A stretch of DNA of 64,000 bases from Laetmonice hystrix. Lineage: Eukaryota. A model generated the notes under the pieces. The model was not told where the DNA came from. It did no database searches and saw nothing but the letters and a program-made list of their open reading frames with translations. Numbering within the stretch: position 1 is the first letter of the stretch; each line of letters begins with the position of its first letter. Made by a program: the position numbers and the translations under genes. The DNA lies in contig OZ249436.1 of assembly GCA_965235115.1 (NCBI GenBank), positions 6,574,001 to 6,638,000 on the forward strand. Reading direction: 5' to 3'. Below are positions 41,651 through 53,175 of this stretch, one piece after another.

Positions 41651-42417
41651 TGGGCTCCCGGAAACAATGCCAACCCAATTATCCTCTCCTCTCCAGGCTC
41701 AAGTCATTCTAAGGCGCCTCTAGGGTGTGGGACAGGAGCCCCCGCATTCAGCCCAACCCCCAACCCCCAATGTTACCCTTAATGAGAGGGTTGCGTGTGT
41801 AGCGTTAGGGGCCTGCTGCCAGGAACGCCGTCCGAACCTTCAATCGGCGGGCAGCGTCTTGCCAAACCGAACGGTGGTCAAGTGTTCCTGGCACGGCCTC
41901 AGAAACCATAATTGACCGTATTACTAGATCTACACATGACTGAGGGGAAAACAGATGCTGACTACACGGAAATATTCTCAGTGCAGCTGTGTGCAACTGA
42001 GGACTTGCACGTAAGAAATAACAGGAAATTGTGACGTTTAAAGACGTCAATGGTATCAAAACACAATTAACAAAGTGCATTGTTTTCCCGGCCTGAACCA
42101 AATATAGGAACGACAAACAAACCATTGGCAGCCTACAGTATAACAAAGGATACATTGTCCTAATCATGTTCATTCCATGAATGAGAAATATATTAATCTA
42201 CTTTATTGAATAAGAATTTCAGATTTCTTATTGTTAGGTCTGTGTCAAAAAATACAGGGGATTTATACATTTATGTACCCTTCTAAAATTGTACGGATAG
42301 TACCATGCCGTTCATTGTAGAAGTAACGGGGGGGGGGGGGGCGGATGACGGTGTGTCATGGGATGACGATTCACCGTTCTCGGAAATATAAGTGATGACA
42401 GTATAGTGAAAGCGGTA

Positions 42418-43231
42418 CAGGAAGTAGATCTGGTACCCTGGACGTACTGTGCGGGAAGTAGATCTGGTACTCTGGACGTACTGTGCAGGAAATAGATCTG
42501 GTACCCTGGAAGTAGATCTGGTACCCTGGACGTACTGTGCAGGAAGTAGATCTGGTACCCTGGACGTACTGTGCAGGAAGTAGATCTGGTACCCTGGACG
42601 TACTGTGCAGGAAGTAGATCTGGTACCCTGGACGATACTGTGCAGGAAGTAGATCTGGTACCCTGGAAGTAGATCTGGTACCCTGGACGATACTGTGCAG
42701 GAAGTAGATCTGGTACCCTGGAAGTAGATCTGGTACCCTGGACGTACTGTGCAGGAAGTAGATCTGGTACCCTGGACGTACTGTGCAGGAAGTAGATCTG
42801 GTACCCTGGAAGTAGATCTGGTACCCTGGACGTACTGTGCAGGAAGTAGATCTGGTACCCTGGACGTACTGTGCAGGAAGTAGATCTGGTACCCTGGAAG
42901 TAGATCTGGTACCCTGGACGTACTGTGCAGGAAGTAGATCTGGTACCCTGGACGTACTGTGCAGGAAATAGATCTGGTACCCTGGAAGTAGATCTGGTAC
43001 CCTGGACGTACTGTGCAGGAAGTAGATCTGGTACCCTGGACGTACTGTGCAGGAAGTAGATCTGGTACCCTGGACGTACTGTGCAGGAAGTAGATCTGGT
43101 ACCCTGGACGTACTGTGCAGGAAGTAGATCTGGTACCCTGGAAGTAGATCTGGTACCCTGGACGTACTGTGCAGGAAGTAGATCTGGTACCCTGGAAGTA
43201 GATCTGGTACCCTGGACGTACTGTGCAGGAA
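42418..43231. repeat. Composite minisatellite of 34-bp and 20-bp units
   Basis: caggaagtagatctggtaccctggacgtactgtg interspersed with its 20-bp subunit gaagtagatctggtaccctg. Confidence 0.95.
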
Positions 43232-43611
43232 GATCACACGAGAACTGTGCGCTCCCCGCTATGATTAATGACAGACCTGATGACATATCACACGCAGTTC
43301 ATTATGGTCATCAATTAATGATGGTTGGATCAACACTATCCGACCAGCCTCATCCAGTCCAAACAGGAGACCGCCCGATATATGCGAATGCATATCAAAG
43401 AGGCCGTGAGGTTGTCGATGGTGGTGGGAATAATAACACGTGTGGACTGGAGGCGCTGCAGTGTGGATTACAACCGGGTAGCGTGCACAAATTACATCAG
43501 CATATAACCGGCATATATTGTAGTTGTTGGTGTCTGAGAGATGACAATCGTACACGGACCGAGGGGCAGCATCTCTGTCCTAGACCCCATCGACTCAAGG
43601 TGATGCACTAC

Positions 43612-44678
43612 TGGTCTGTTGATGTTATGAGACTCAGAGTGCCTGGTCTCTGAGGTCTGCTGATGTTATGAGACTCAGAGTGCCTGGTCCCTGAGGTCTG
43701 CTGATGTTATGAGACAGCGTGCCTGGTCTCTGAGGTCTGTTGATGTTATGAGATCCAGAGTGCCTGGTCTCTGAGGTCTGTTGATGTTATGAGACTCAAG
43801 AGTGCCTGGTCCCTGAGGTCTGCTGATGTTATAAGACTCAGAGTGCCTGGTCTCTGAGGTCTGCTGATGTTATGAGACTCAGAGTGCCTGGTCTCCGAGG
43901 TCTGTTGATGTTATGAGACTCAGAGTGCCTGGTCTCCGAGGTCTGTTGATGTTATGAGACTCAGAGTGTCTGGTCCCTGAGGTCTGTTGATGTTATGAGA
44001 CTCAGAGTGCCTGGTCCCTGAGGTCTGTTAATGCTATGAGACTCAGAGTGCCTGGTCCCTGAGGTCTGTTGATGTTATGAGACTCAGAGTGCCTGGTCTC
44101 TGAGGTCTGTTGATGTTATGAGACTCAGAGTGCCTGGTCTCTGAGGTCTGTTGATGTTATGAGACTCAGAGTGCCTGGTCTCTGAGGTCTGTTGATGTTA
44201 TGAGACTCAGAGTGCCTGGTCCCTGAGGTCTGTTGATGTTATGAGATCCAGAGTGTCTGGTCCCTGAGGTCTGTTGATGTTATGAAACTCAGAGTGCCTG
44301 GTCCCTGAGGTCTGCTGATGTTATGAGACAGCGTGCCTGGTCTCTGAGGTCTGTTGATGTTATGAGATCCAGAGTGCCTGGTCTCTGAGGTCTGTTGATG
44401 TTATGAGACTCAAGAGTGCCTGGTCCCTGAGGTCTGCTGATGTTATGAGACTCAGAGTGCCTGGTCTCTGAGGTCTGATGTTATGAGACTCAGAGTGCCT
44501 GGTCTCCGAGGTCTGATGTTATGAGACTCAGAGTGCCTGGTCTCTGAGGTCTGTTGATGTTATGAGACTCAGAGTGCCTGGTCCCTGAGGTCTGTTGATG
44601 TTATGAGACTCAGATTGCCTGGTCTCTGAGGTCTGCTGTTGTTATGAGACTCAGAGTGCCTGGTCTCCGAGGTCTGAC
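43612..44678. repeat. 41-bp minisatellite, ~26 copies
   Basis: Unit ggtctgttgatgttatgagactcagagtgcctggtctctga. Confidence 0.95.
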
Positions 44679-44924
44679 CTTATAAATATGCTGGTCAGAT
44701 CGAGATTATTTAAGCCGAATCATCAATGTCAAATGGTGCTGCATACAATAAATATCTTATGAAGGGTTTTATCTTTAATCATGGACTTTTTTCTCAGGCT
44801 GCTGGAGTACAGTTAAAGTCGTATCTCCTCACTGTCACAATCATAGGGACCTGTTATACGGTCTGTAGGAGTTAATTAATCGGCCCATATTTGATTTGTT
44901 GACTTTTCTGTCTATTTCTCACAG

Positions 44925-45032
44925 ATTCAGATTACGAGTACGAGGATGATGAAGACGACAGCGTCCAGCCGGATGGAGATAACTATTATCGCGGTGCCAA
45001 AATTAGCGATGATGAGTGGATCAAACAAAGAA
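44925..45032 (+). CDS. Internal coding exon (phase 1-1): DSDYEYEDDEDDSVQPDGDNYYRGAKISDDEWIKQR
   Basis: Polypyrimidine tract with ctcacag acceptor, gtaagt donor, 108 bp open, in phase with the next exon. Confidence 0.78.
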
Positions 45033-45104
45033 GTAAGTAATAATGATGTGATGTTGAATGTCTGGTTCAATAATTAGGGACAGATTTTGTTTTTAACCCC
45101 AAAA

Positions 45105-45330
45105 TAACAGATTTGCCTCATATCTCGAAAATGGTACAAGATAACACAATAGTTACTATAGTATTGACAGATAGGAAATCATATATGAACTTGTATATAT
45201 GACGCCATTTTCCATGACCTTGAGTGACCTTGATAGGTCAATCAAAGTCGTGCATATTTTCAATGGCCTTGATCTCTAAAACAGTTGAAGATAACGACAT
45301 AATTTTGTATGAAGCATTACACAATGATCA
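45105..45330. mobile_element. Fragment of an unclassified interspersed repeat in an intron
   Basis: Motifs catatctcgaaaatgg, gataggaaatcatatatg and atgaccttgagtgaccttg resemble non-autonomous repeats common in marine invertebrates; ends not defined. Confidence 0.35.
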
Positions 45331-45486
45331 GGAACAGTCCACGGATGACGCAGATCAAACATATTTGTTATGTTATTCAAAATGGCCGCTTGTTGGTCGC
45401 CTTGGATGTAGACAAATTTAGAGCAATAACTCAGACAAAACAATCTCAATGTATTTTTTATAAGCAATGATTGTTCTCGTCTCCAG

Positions 45487-45588
45487 GTCAGATGGACATG
45501 AACGAACTCAGCAACCATCCTGGCCAGGAAATGTTCGTCGGGCCCCACAGTTTTGAGGCCGAGTTTGGTCCCATCTCTGAAGTCCGAA
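45487..45588 (+). CDS. Internal coding exon (phase 1-1): SQMDMNELSNHPGQEMFVGPHSFEAEFGPISEVR
   Basis: ttctcgtctccag acceptor, gtaagt donor, 102 bp open, phase-compatible on both sides. Confidence 0.78.
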
Positions 45589-45629
45589 GTAAGTTCTGCA
45601 TAATTGTTTGAGTCTGTTTATGTGAAACT

Positions 45630-45955
45630 AGTACTGATACAGGTTGGCCGATAGATGGCGTTAGTAGTACTGCCGTATGGGTACATGTTGGCCGATAGAT
45701 GGCGTTAGTAGTACTGCCGTATGGCTACAGGTTGGCCGATAGATAGCGTTAGTAGTACTGCCGTATGGCTACAGGTTGGCCGATAGATAGCGTTAGTAGT
45801 ACTGCCGTATGGATACAGGTTGGCCGATAGATGGCGTTAGTAGTGCTGCCGTATGGCTACATGTTGGCCGATAGATAGCGTTAGTAGTGCTGCCGTATGG
45901 CTACAGGTTGGCCGATAGATGGCGTTAGTAGTACTGCTATGTATGGCTACAGGTT
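45630..45955. repeat. 44-bp intronic minisatellite, ~7 copies
   Basis: Unit tagtagtactgccgtatggctacaggttggccgatagatggcgt. Confidence 0.9.
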
Positions 45956-46149
45956 ACCCTTGGATGGATTGTTTGCTCATAATGCACTTTGTAACATGTT
46001 GAAGGTCATGTGTTGCTATGGTGACCAGACGTTCGATATATTTTAGAGCTCAGGTTTTTTTTAATGTACTGCCCCAAGAAACGCCTCAGGTCTGTAGACC
46101 GTGTGTAGCCTATAGCTATTGACTGACTGGGTTTGCCGCCATCTTCCAG

Positions 46150-46292
46150 GTGAAACGATGGAGATGCACCAGCCTTTTGTGCCCCAGTCTTCCCATGATG
46201 CATCTCTGAGCATTCTCGTCTTCTACACCTGGATCGGTATCGTCACCATCATGGTCATCGGGGCATTCATAGCACTGAAACACCGCCACCGG
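46150..46292 (+). CDS. Coding exon (phase 1-0) with transmembrane helix: SETMEMHQPFVPQSSHDASLSILVFYTWIGIVTIMVIGAFIALKHRHR
   Basis: catcttccag acceptor, gtgagg donor; ~23 hydrophobic residues followed by the basic stop-transfer KHRHR. Confidence 0.78.
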
Positions 46293-46314
46293 GTGAGGAC
46301 TTTACCACAGTCAT

Positions 46315-46770
46315 AACCCACACCCACACCCCACCCCACACAACCCCACCTCAACCCACACCGCACTCTACACCCACACAACCCCACCTCAACCCACACC
46401 ATCATGGTCATCGGGGCATTCATAGCACTGAAACACCGCCACCGGGTGAGGACTTTACCACAGTCATAACCCACACCCACACCTTACACCCACATAACCC
46501 CACCTCAACCCACACCCACCACAACCCACACCTACACCACACAACCCCACCTCAACCCACACCCACCCACATCACAACACACAACACCATTCCCACCACA
46601 ACCCACACCCACACCCACACCGTACACCCACACCCAATCCACACTACACCCCCACTCCCAACCCAACCCGCACCCAGACCACAACACCCACCATAATCAC
46701 CACCCCACCCCACCATAACCTCATCCCACCAACACCCCAACACAACCCCCACCACATCCGCCACCCCGAA
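46315..46770. repeat. C/A-rich low-complexity tract containing a partial duplicate of the TM exon
   Basis: (ACCCAC)-like repeats; 46397-46482 copies the segment starting at 46244. Confidence 0.85.
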
Positions 46771-47029
46771 CACGACCTCTCCTTCAGCATTTCAAATTTC
46801 ATATTAAGACAATAGGAAATTCTCTGGATTTAGTCTGATTTTTATTTTAATTTCCCTTAGGCAGCCTGGGACTGAATGTGCCTTCATATAATTTTGTAAT
46901 GCAATGGACATTTTTTGGTATTGGAAAGGAAGTAAGATTAAAGTTGATTGACATATATAGGCTATATTTATTGAATGGGTTGCAAACAAGTCCCGTCGTA
47001 TAGGCTATATGTCGTTATGTCTAACGTAG

Positions 47030-47095
47030 GAGAGATATACCACCTCTCTCTGCGTCACAGAGCGTTTCACATTTTCTTCGCTTCATGAGGTTTAA
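47030..47095 (+). CDS. Candidate terminal exon (short cytoplasmic tail ERYTTSLCVTERFTFSSLHEV*)
   Basis: Phase-0 compatible with the TM exon after a ctaacgtag acceptor; polypyrimidine tract weak, alternative AG at 47060. Confidence 0.25.
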   Translation, partial: ERYTTSLCVTERFTFSSLHEV

Positions 47096-47223
47096 CAACT
47101 ACTGCTTGAACTTCTCCTCGTCCCAGACTTATATCTTATTTAAACCCCCTCACGTAGATTACATTCGTGGAGAGGCATGTCGTAAAATATACAATCATAT
47201 CTTTCCGACTGCTGTCGTTATCC

Positions 47224-47992
47224 ATTAAACAGTGATGGGGACGTCCAGCACAGAAATATCCGTCCGATTATATATCCTTTCGACTGCAGTAGTAGATCTA
47301 TATATTAAACAGTGATGGGGACGTCCAGCACAGAAATATCCGTCCGATTATATCCTTTCGACTGCAGTAGTAGATCTATATATTAAACAGTGATGGGGAC
47401 GTCCAGCACAGAAATATCCGTCCGATTATATCCTTTCGACTGCAGTAGTATACATTAAACAGTGATGGGGACCTTCAGCACAGAAATATCCGCCCGATTA
47501 TATATCCTTTCGACTGCAGTAGTGGATCTATACATTAAACAGTGATGGGGACCTCCAGCACAGAAATATCCGCCCGATTATATATCCTTTCGACTGCAGT
47601 AGTATACATTATAAAATAGTCCAGTATACAGTTTACGGGACGAAGAAAAGCGATAATGAACGAGGCGAAGCCGAGTCCATTATCGCTTTTTGGAGTCCCG
47701 TAAACTGTAGCCTATAGTGGACGGGCTGCCATCCAACATTTGCTATATAGCCTACATCCATTCTGTGCTATCGTCAATTTGCTCTAAGCCTATATTACAT
47801 ATTCCTGCCATTCTCTGTGCGACGTTGCTTCTACTTTGACGTCGTTTCTATGGTTTCCAGAGCGAACCGTCCCATATCGTTTTTTCGGGACGGTCACGTG
47901 GTACAAACGGGCCAATCAGATTGCTTAGCTGCGCCAGGTGTATAATATTAAACAGTGATGGGAACGTCCAACACGAAAATATCCGTCCGATA
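47224..47992. repeat. ~72-82-bp minisatellite, ~5.5 copies, interrupted by an insertion
   Basis: attaaacagtgatggggacgtccagcacagaaatatccgtccgattatatcctttcgactgcagtagt...; the array resumes at 47947. Confidence 0.9.
47608..47946. mobile_element. Non-autonomous Crypton-like element
   Basis: Interrupts a repeat unit at tacatt|aaacag; ends attata...tataat; no TIRs; ~100-bp subterminal hairpin 47619-47722 with loop gaggcgaagccga. Confidence 0.55.
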
Positions 47993-50900
47993 TGAAATAA
48001 TCTTTTTTTTTACATATACAACTTTTCTTCAAAAATTGCGAAAACAGAGTTTATAATAATATAGCCAAAAAAAGGCTAAAGAGAACCTTCATGTTAAATT
48101 GTAGGAAGTTTAATGGTTTCCTGGTAGATTCCGAAGGAGACGTTATGAAACGTTTAGAAATCATTAAACGACGAAGGTGGACATATTCTGCACATAATCT
48201 ATCAGCCTGCCATTATTTCTCGCTTTGCCAGACATCTCAATCTAGTCGAGCATGCGCTATTTAATATAGTTCGTCTCATAGTTTCAAGCATGGATTCTTC
48301 ATTGCTTCATGTTGCTAGACTGCGCTGTTCACCTCTTGCCGGGTCCTTATGCTTGTCTCTACTCGTTGTTTTATATTTCCTCAGATTGCCAACTACGTTT
48401 GGGATGCTCGCACCGGCTATCGGAAAAAGGGCACTGTGTGCGCTACTGAGGAAGGTCGCAATCTGCTCACAACCGTCATGTGATCGGGGCGCCACCTGTT
48501 GTCTGCCGCGCATAACCAGCCCTGTTACTAAGTCTTACTCAGTGTCCATTGTGCGTCCATCCTAGCCAGCTCAGTGTGACATGTGAGGGACATTGTGCCA
48601 TGTGTGTTGCAGATCGTGGCGTGTACACAGTACTGCCGAGCGGCCGGGTACAGTCGTCGGCGGGTCTCAGCCACGCGTACAGTCATGGCCACTCGCTTTG
48701 CCATGGAGGAGGGCCTAAATCTGCTGACTCATCAACATGTCTGAGCTGTCTTCGAGTTGGTGTGTATCTCAACCGCCAGAGGGCGTGGCGACGTGACCTG
48801 CCCCCATGCGGCCGCCCGCAGCATTAGCTTTCCTTCCTGATCCGGAACGTAGTCCAATGGCCGGTGGGGACAAAGGCGGAGTTTCCAGGCCCTCGAGTTG
48901 GCATCTTCAACCGTGCCTGTTCGCAGAATGTTGTTGCAGAGAACGTGACAAGTACCATGAACCTTAGGATGGGGACTCTGAGAGCCATCTGTAGTAGGCT
49001 ACACAGGAGTAGAGCTACGCCTACTCATTACCAACTAGTCCAAAAATAGTCCAAATGTCGGTTTGAAAGTGCAAGAAAGTGCAAAATGGTTTTAACTAGA
49101 CTTGGATTTCAAAACTGCTCAAGTTAAAGTCACTAATAGCTGTTTCCAAGCTTTTTTTTCAAACATGTGACAAGTTAAATTACTGTCAAGGTGACTTTCA
49201 CCACCACACCATCAGTGGTCACAGTCAGATAATAATTAACGCGTGGGTAAAACAATTAACAGGTAAATATGTAAATATGATATGTGAAATTCATTAGAGA
49301 AACCTCATTCCGCCAAAACCTTTGTTCTTTGTAGTGTATCTAGAACGAATGGGGCTTTCAGTAGTTTCCATCTTGTCAATTTAGATCTAGAGTATGAAAT
49401 ATCCTCTTCTTTGAACGCTAGAATAAAGGTTTCCTTATTAGAATAGGTATTTTCTTTTGGGGCTGACATTAAAAGTTGTTCTTCATGTATGCTAAGAGAA
49501 AATAAAGATCGCCCACGTAAACTCAGATTATTATACCAAGCGCTTCTTTGGTTTCAGACAGATGTATCACAGCTGTGTAGGTCCATATACACGAATGACT
49601 AATCGTTGTCTTCCACGGGAATCCTAACTTCTAGAAATGTTAATGAGTTGTAGTTTAGGGGCTTGGAAGGCATCAGTTGATGGTGTGGGATGATGTGTGA
49701 AGGTGACCTTGACAGAGATAGTACCCAGCCCCGCCCAGTGTGGGCTAATCATATCAGTCTAATTGTTTACCTTGAGAAAACATTACAGTAAGCCTTTGTC
49801 GGGATACCGTAGGCTTAGGAATGACAAGAAAAGTGCCTCAGTATCCAAACATTGAAATGAGTACCCCTGCTGCCGCCTATCGGGTGGTAATATTAACAGA
49901 TACATGTACTGACTCTTTGGTAGCGGTGTGGTGTTGGTTTAGGGGCGCCATCTACCGGGGAACAGTTGACCTGCTGAGTCACACAAAATACGATTTGCGT
50001 TTCCACAATAGGGGGCCTACGTTTTCTATCTTTAGGTAAAGTGACAAAATGGACATATTCGTGAACTCAGGCTGTAAATAAAACTATTCAAGCAGATTAT
50101 TTATAATGCTAGGTATAATGTTTCCTCCCTAAACCTTCCGTAATAAAAGATCTGGTGATGTTTGACCGATCATGATTCACTCTAACGTTGTCAGAGTCTT
50201 GCTGGAAGAGCGTCTAATACAAATTTATATTACTAGGTTATCTGGAATTAGGTAAGAATCCAAGAAAGAAAAGGTACTGGGTTTTCTGCGAACTCTATAA
50301 GGTTATGATCCTAACCATAACTCGGCCATGTGTTTGAAGCACATATCCGGGAAGGTAGGCCTATAGCCTATAATGACATGTAGGGCTATTCATCAAATTC
50401 AGATCTAAGACAGTTCATGATGAGGTATCCAGGGCCTCGTCGGCTCATCGTGTGGCATATCTGCTCAGAGTACGGTCGCCGCGTAGATCTCTTCCCATTT
50501 AAGGCATAAATAAAGGGTTGTTTAAAGCAACACAGTGTATTCGATCATCTCATCCGAAATGTCCTTGAGAAATAACGAGGTGTCGGCACTATATTTATGT
50601 AATCTCTACAAGTGTAGACAAATGTGCTAGTGTACTAGAATGTACAGGCGCTTCGACCTTTCTGCCAGAAAACGACGGGGGAAAGATATATTATTGCTAG
50701 ATAACTTTGATCATGTCTGAACCAAGCATGACGTGAACGGTGTATATTCTGGTAACAACACTAACAGAAGGTCGTTCAAGTTTAACTCAGCCACAGAATA
50801 CATGTCCCTACATTTGTATAACAATGTTCATTGGTTGTATGTCAATCTCAATATGTGCCAATTACTGCCCTGTTTTACCACTTGTGACGGGGGTCAGCCC

Positions 50901-51432
50901 TTCTATATAATTACATGGAAGAGGGCGTCTATAACAGTCTTGATACATGTTAACCCATAACAAAGAAATACAAACAGTCCCTATATACTTCCTTCCAGGT
51001 TTTATGCTTTTATGACCGGTATGCCAATTTTGTAATCGTAGAAAACCTTTGATACGAAACTATCGTCACATACAAATACATGGATATTTAAGCGCATGTA
51101 TGACTGTATGTGTACAACTACAAGTTGCCTATATTAAACAGGCCACCACGCCATGTTCTTTTCTACGTTCTCATGTCGATATCTGTATAAATAATGGCCT
51201 AGTTCGCAGAATTGATATGTATGGCCTGTAGATTTTATTGTAAATTGACGACAGTGCTCCTAGCACATCCTCGGATGACCGCCAGTAGTAGATGACATGA
51301 TCAGGATCAGGAGTCATTGGCAGGCAAACGTAGGAATCGTGACTCTCACTGGCTCCTGGCTCAGAACTCGCATTTTATATACTACTACCACCAGAATGGT
51401 GATGATAACGTCGTATAATGGTGAACAACATA

Positions 51433-52214
51433 GTCCGTGTTAAGACAACGTCTGCCATGGTCCGTGTTAAGACAAGGTCTGCCATGGTCCGTGTTAAGAC
51501 AAGGTCTGCCATGGTCCGTGTTAAGACAAGATCTGCCATGGTCCGTGTTAAGACAAGATCTGCCATGGTCCGTGTTAAAACAAGATCTGCATGGTCCGTG
51601 TTAAGACAAGGTCTGCCATGGTCCGTGTTAAGACAAGATCTGCCATGGTCCGTGTTAAAACAAGATCTGCATGGTCCGTGTTAAGACAAGGTCTGCCATG
51701 GTCCGTGATAAGACAAGATCTGCCATGGTCCGTGTTAAAACAAGATCTGCATGGTCCGTGTTAAGACAAGGTCTGCCATGGTCCGTGTTAAGACAAGGTC
51801 TGCCATGGTCCGTGTTAAGACAAGATCTGCCATGGTCCGTGTTAAGACAAGGTCTGCCATGGTCCGTGTTAAGACCAGGTCGGCCATGGTCCGTGTTAAG
51901 ACAACGTCTGCCATGGTCCGTGTTAAGGCAAGGTCTGCCATGGTCCGTGTTAAGACAAGGTCTGCCATGGTCCGTGTTAAGACAAGGTCTGCCATGGTCC
52001 GTGTTAAGACGAGGTCTGCCATGGTCCGTGTTAAGACAAGGTCTGCCATGGTACGTGTTAAGACAACGTCTGCCATGGTCCATGAATGTCTGCCATGGTG
52101 CGTGTTAAGACAACGTCTGCCATGGTCCGTGAAGGTCTGCCATGGTGCGTGTTAAGACAACGTCTGCCATGGTCCGTGTTAAGGCAACGTCTGCCATGGT
52201 CCGTGTTAAGACAA
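51433..52214. repeat. 27-bp minisatellite, ~29 copies
   Basis: Unit ccatggtccgtgttaagacaaggtctg. Confidence 0.95.
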
Positions 52215-52836
52215 GTTTGAACAGTATTGTGTTCTCTCAGTCTGCCATGGTCTACAGTTTTAGGAACCTGTAGTATCCAGGTTCATTCGGTCATGGCTAT
52301 GTCTCTAAGGATGGTAGTGACATTCCTGTACGGGGTGTATGTAAATATTTCTACTTAGTGAAGAATGTATGAGGACGTTATACTTGGTTTGCACAATTAA
52401 AAGCACCCAGATCGCCAAACTATAATAATATGACAACCCGTATACTAAAGTATGCTATTTATGTTGACACGATTGCCATTTTCCGGGTAGTTCGTCAAAA
52501 CTATAGGCCTATAGCCACTATTAACTATTAAATCTTCTATAGCGTGTGGACTTCGTGAACTGTGTAATGTCAACGTATATATCTCCGTGTTAATGTTATA
52601 TTTACGTGGGTATTTTTGCAACTTAGGTGCTAGTGTGAACTTGCTGCGTGTACAGAAGCATTGGCCAGGAGACACTATGTACATAGGTGTGAGTATATAC
52701 TAATATTGCCTGTCAATGATACAGTATTGAGTCACCGACTGACCACGGATCCCGGAGCGAGAGGCGGGTTCGGGTCGTCACGTCAGGTTACTGCTGCACC
52801 ACGTCATGTTGTAACACCCACCAGTAGAACTCTAAC

Positions 52837-52970
52837 CCTCTATCTCTGTTTGTCTTTCTTTCTTTCTGTCTCTCTGTCTGTCTGTCTCTCTGTATGTCTG
52901 TCTCTCTGTATGTCTCTTTCTCCCTGTCTGTCTCCCTGTCTCTCTGTCTCTCTGTATGTCTGTCTCCCTG

Positions 52971-53009
<39 letters not shown>

Positions 53010-53175
53010 GTCTCTTTCTCCCTGTATGTCTCTCTGTCGATCTGTCTCTCTGTTTCTGTCTCTGTCTCTCTCTCTGTCTCCCTCCCCCCTCCCTCCCTCC
53101 CTCTCTCTCTCTCCCTCTCTCCCTCTCTCTCTCTCTCTGTCTCTCTCTGTCTCTCTCTATCTCTCTCTCTCTCTG
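52837..53175. repeat. (TC)n/(TCTG)n microsatellite tract
   Basis: Low complexity; explains the SL-rich and RE-rich ORFs 52661-53299. Confidence 0.95.

Noticed and set aside
42312..43653. Long ORFs over the 34/20-bp array
   Set aside because: Repeat-derived; unit lengths are not multiples of three
44925..46292. APP (amyloid precursor protein) assignment for the membrane protein
   Set aside because: Acidic region and TM-plus-basic exon are reminiscent, but no E1/E2 exons or YENPTY tail were found in the window
13338..52214. CRISPR-like arrays
   Set aside because: Repeats are head-to-tail with no unique spacers, no cas genes are present, and the context is eukaryotic
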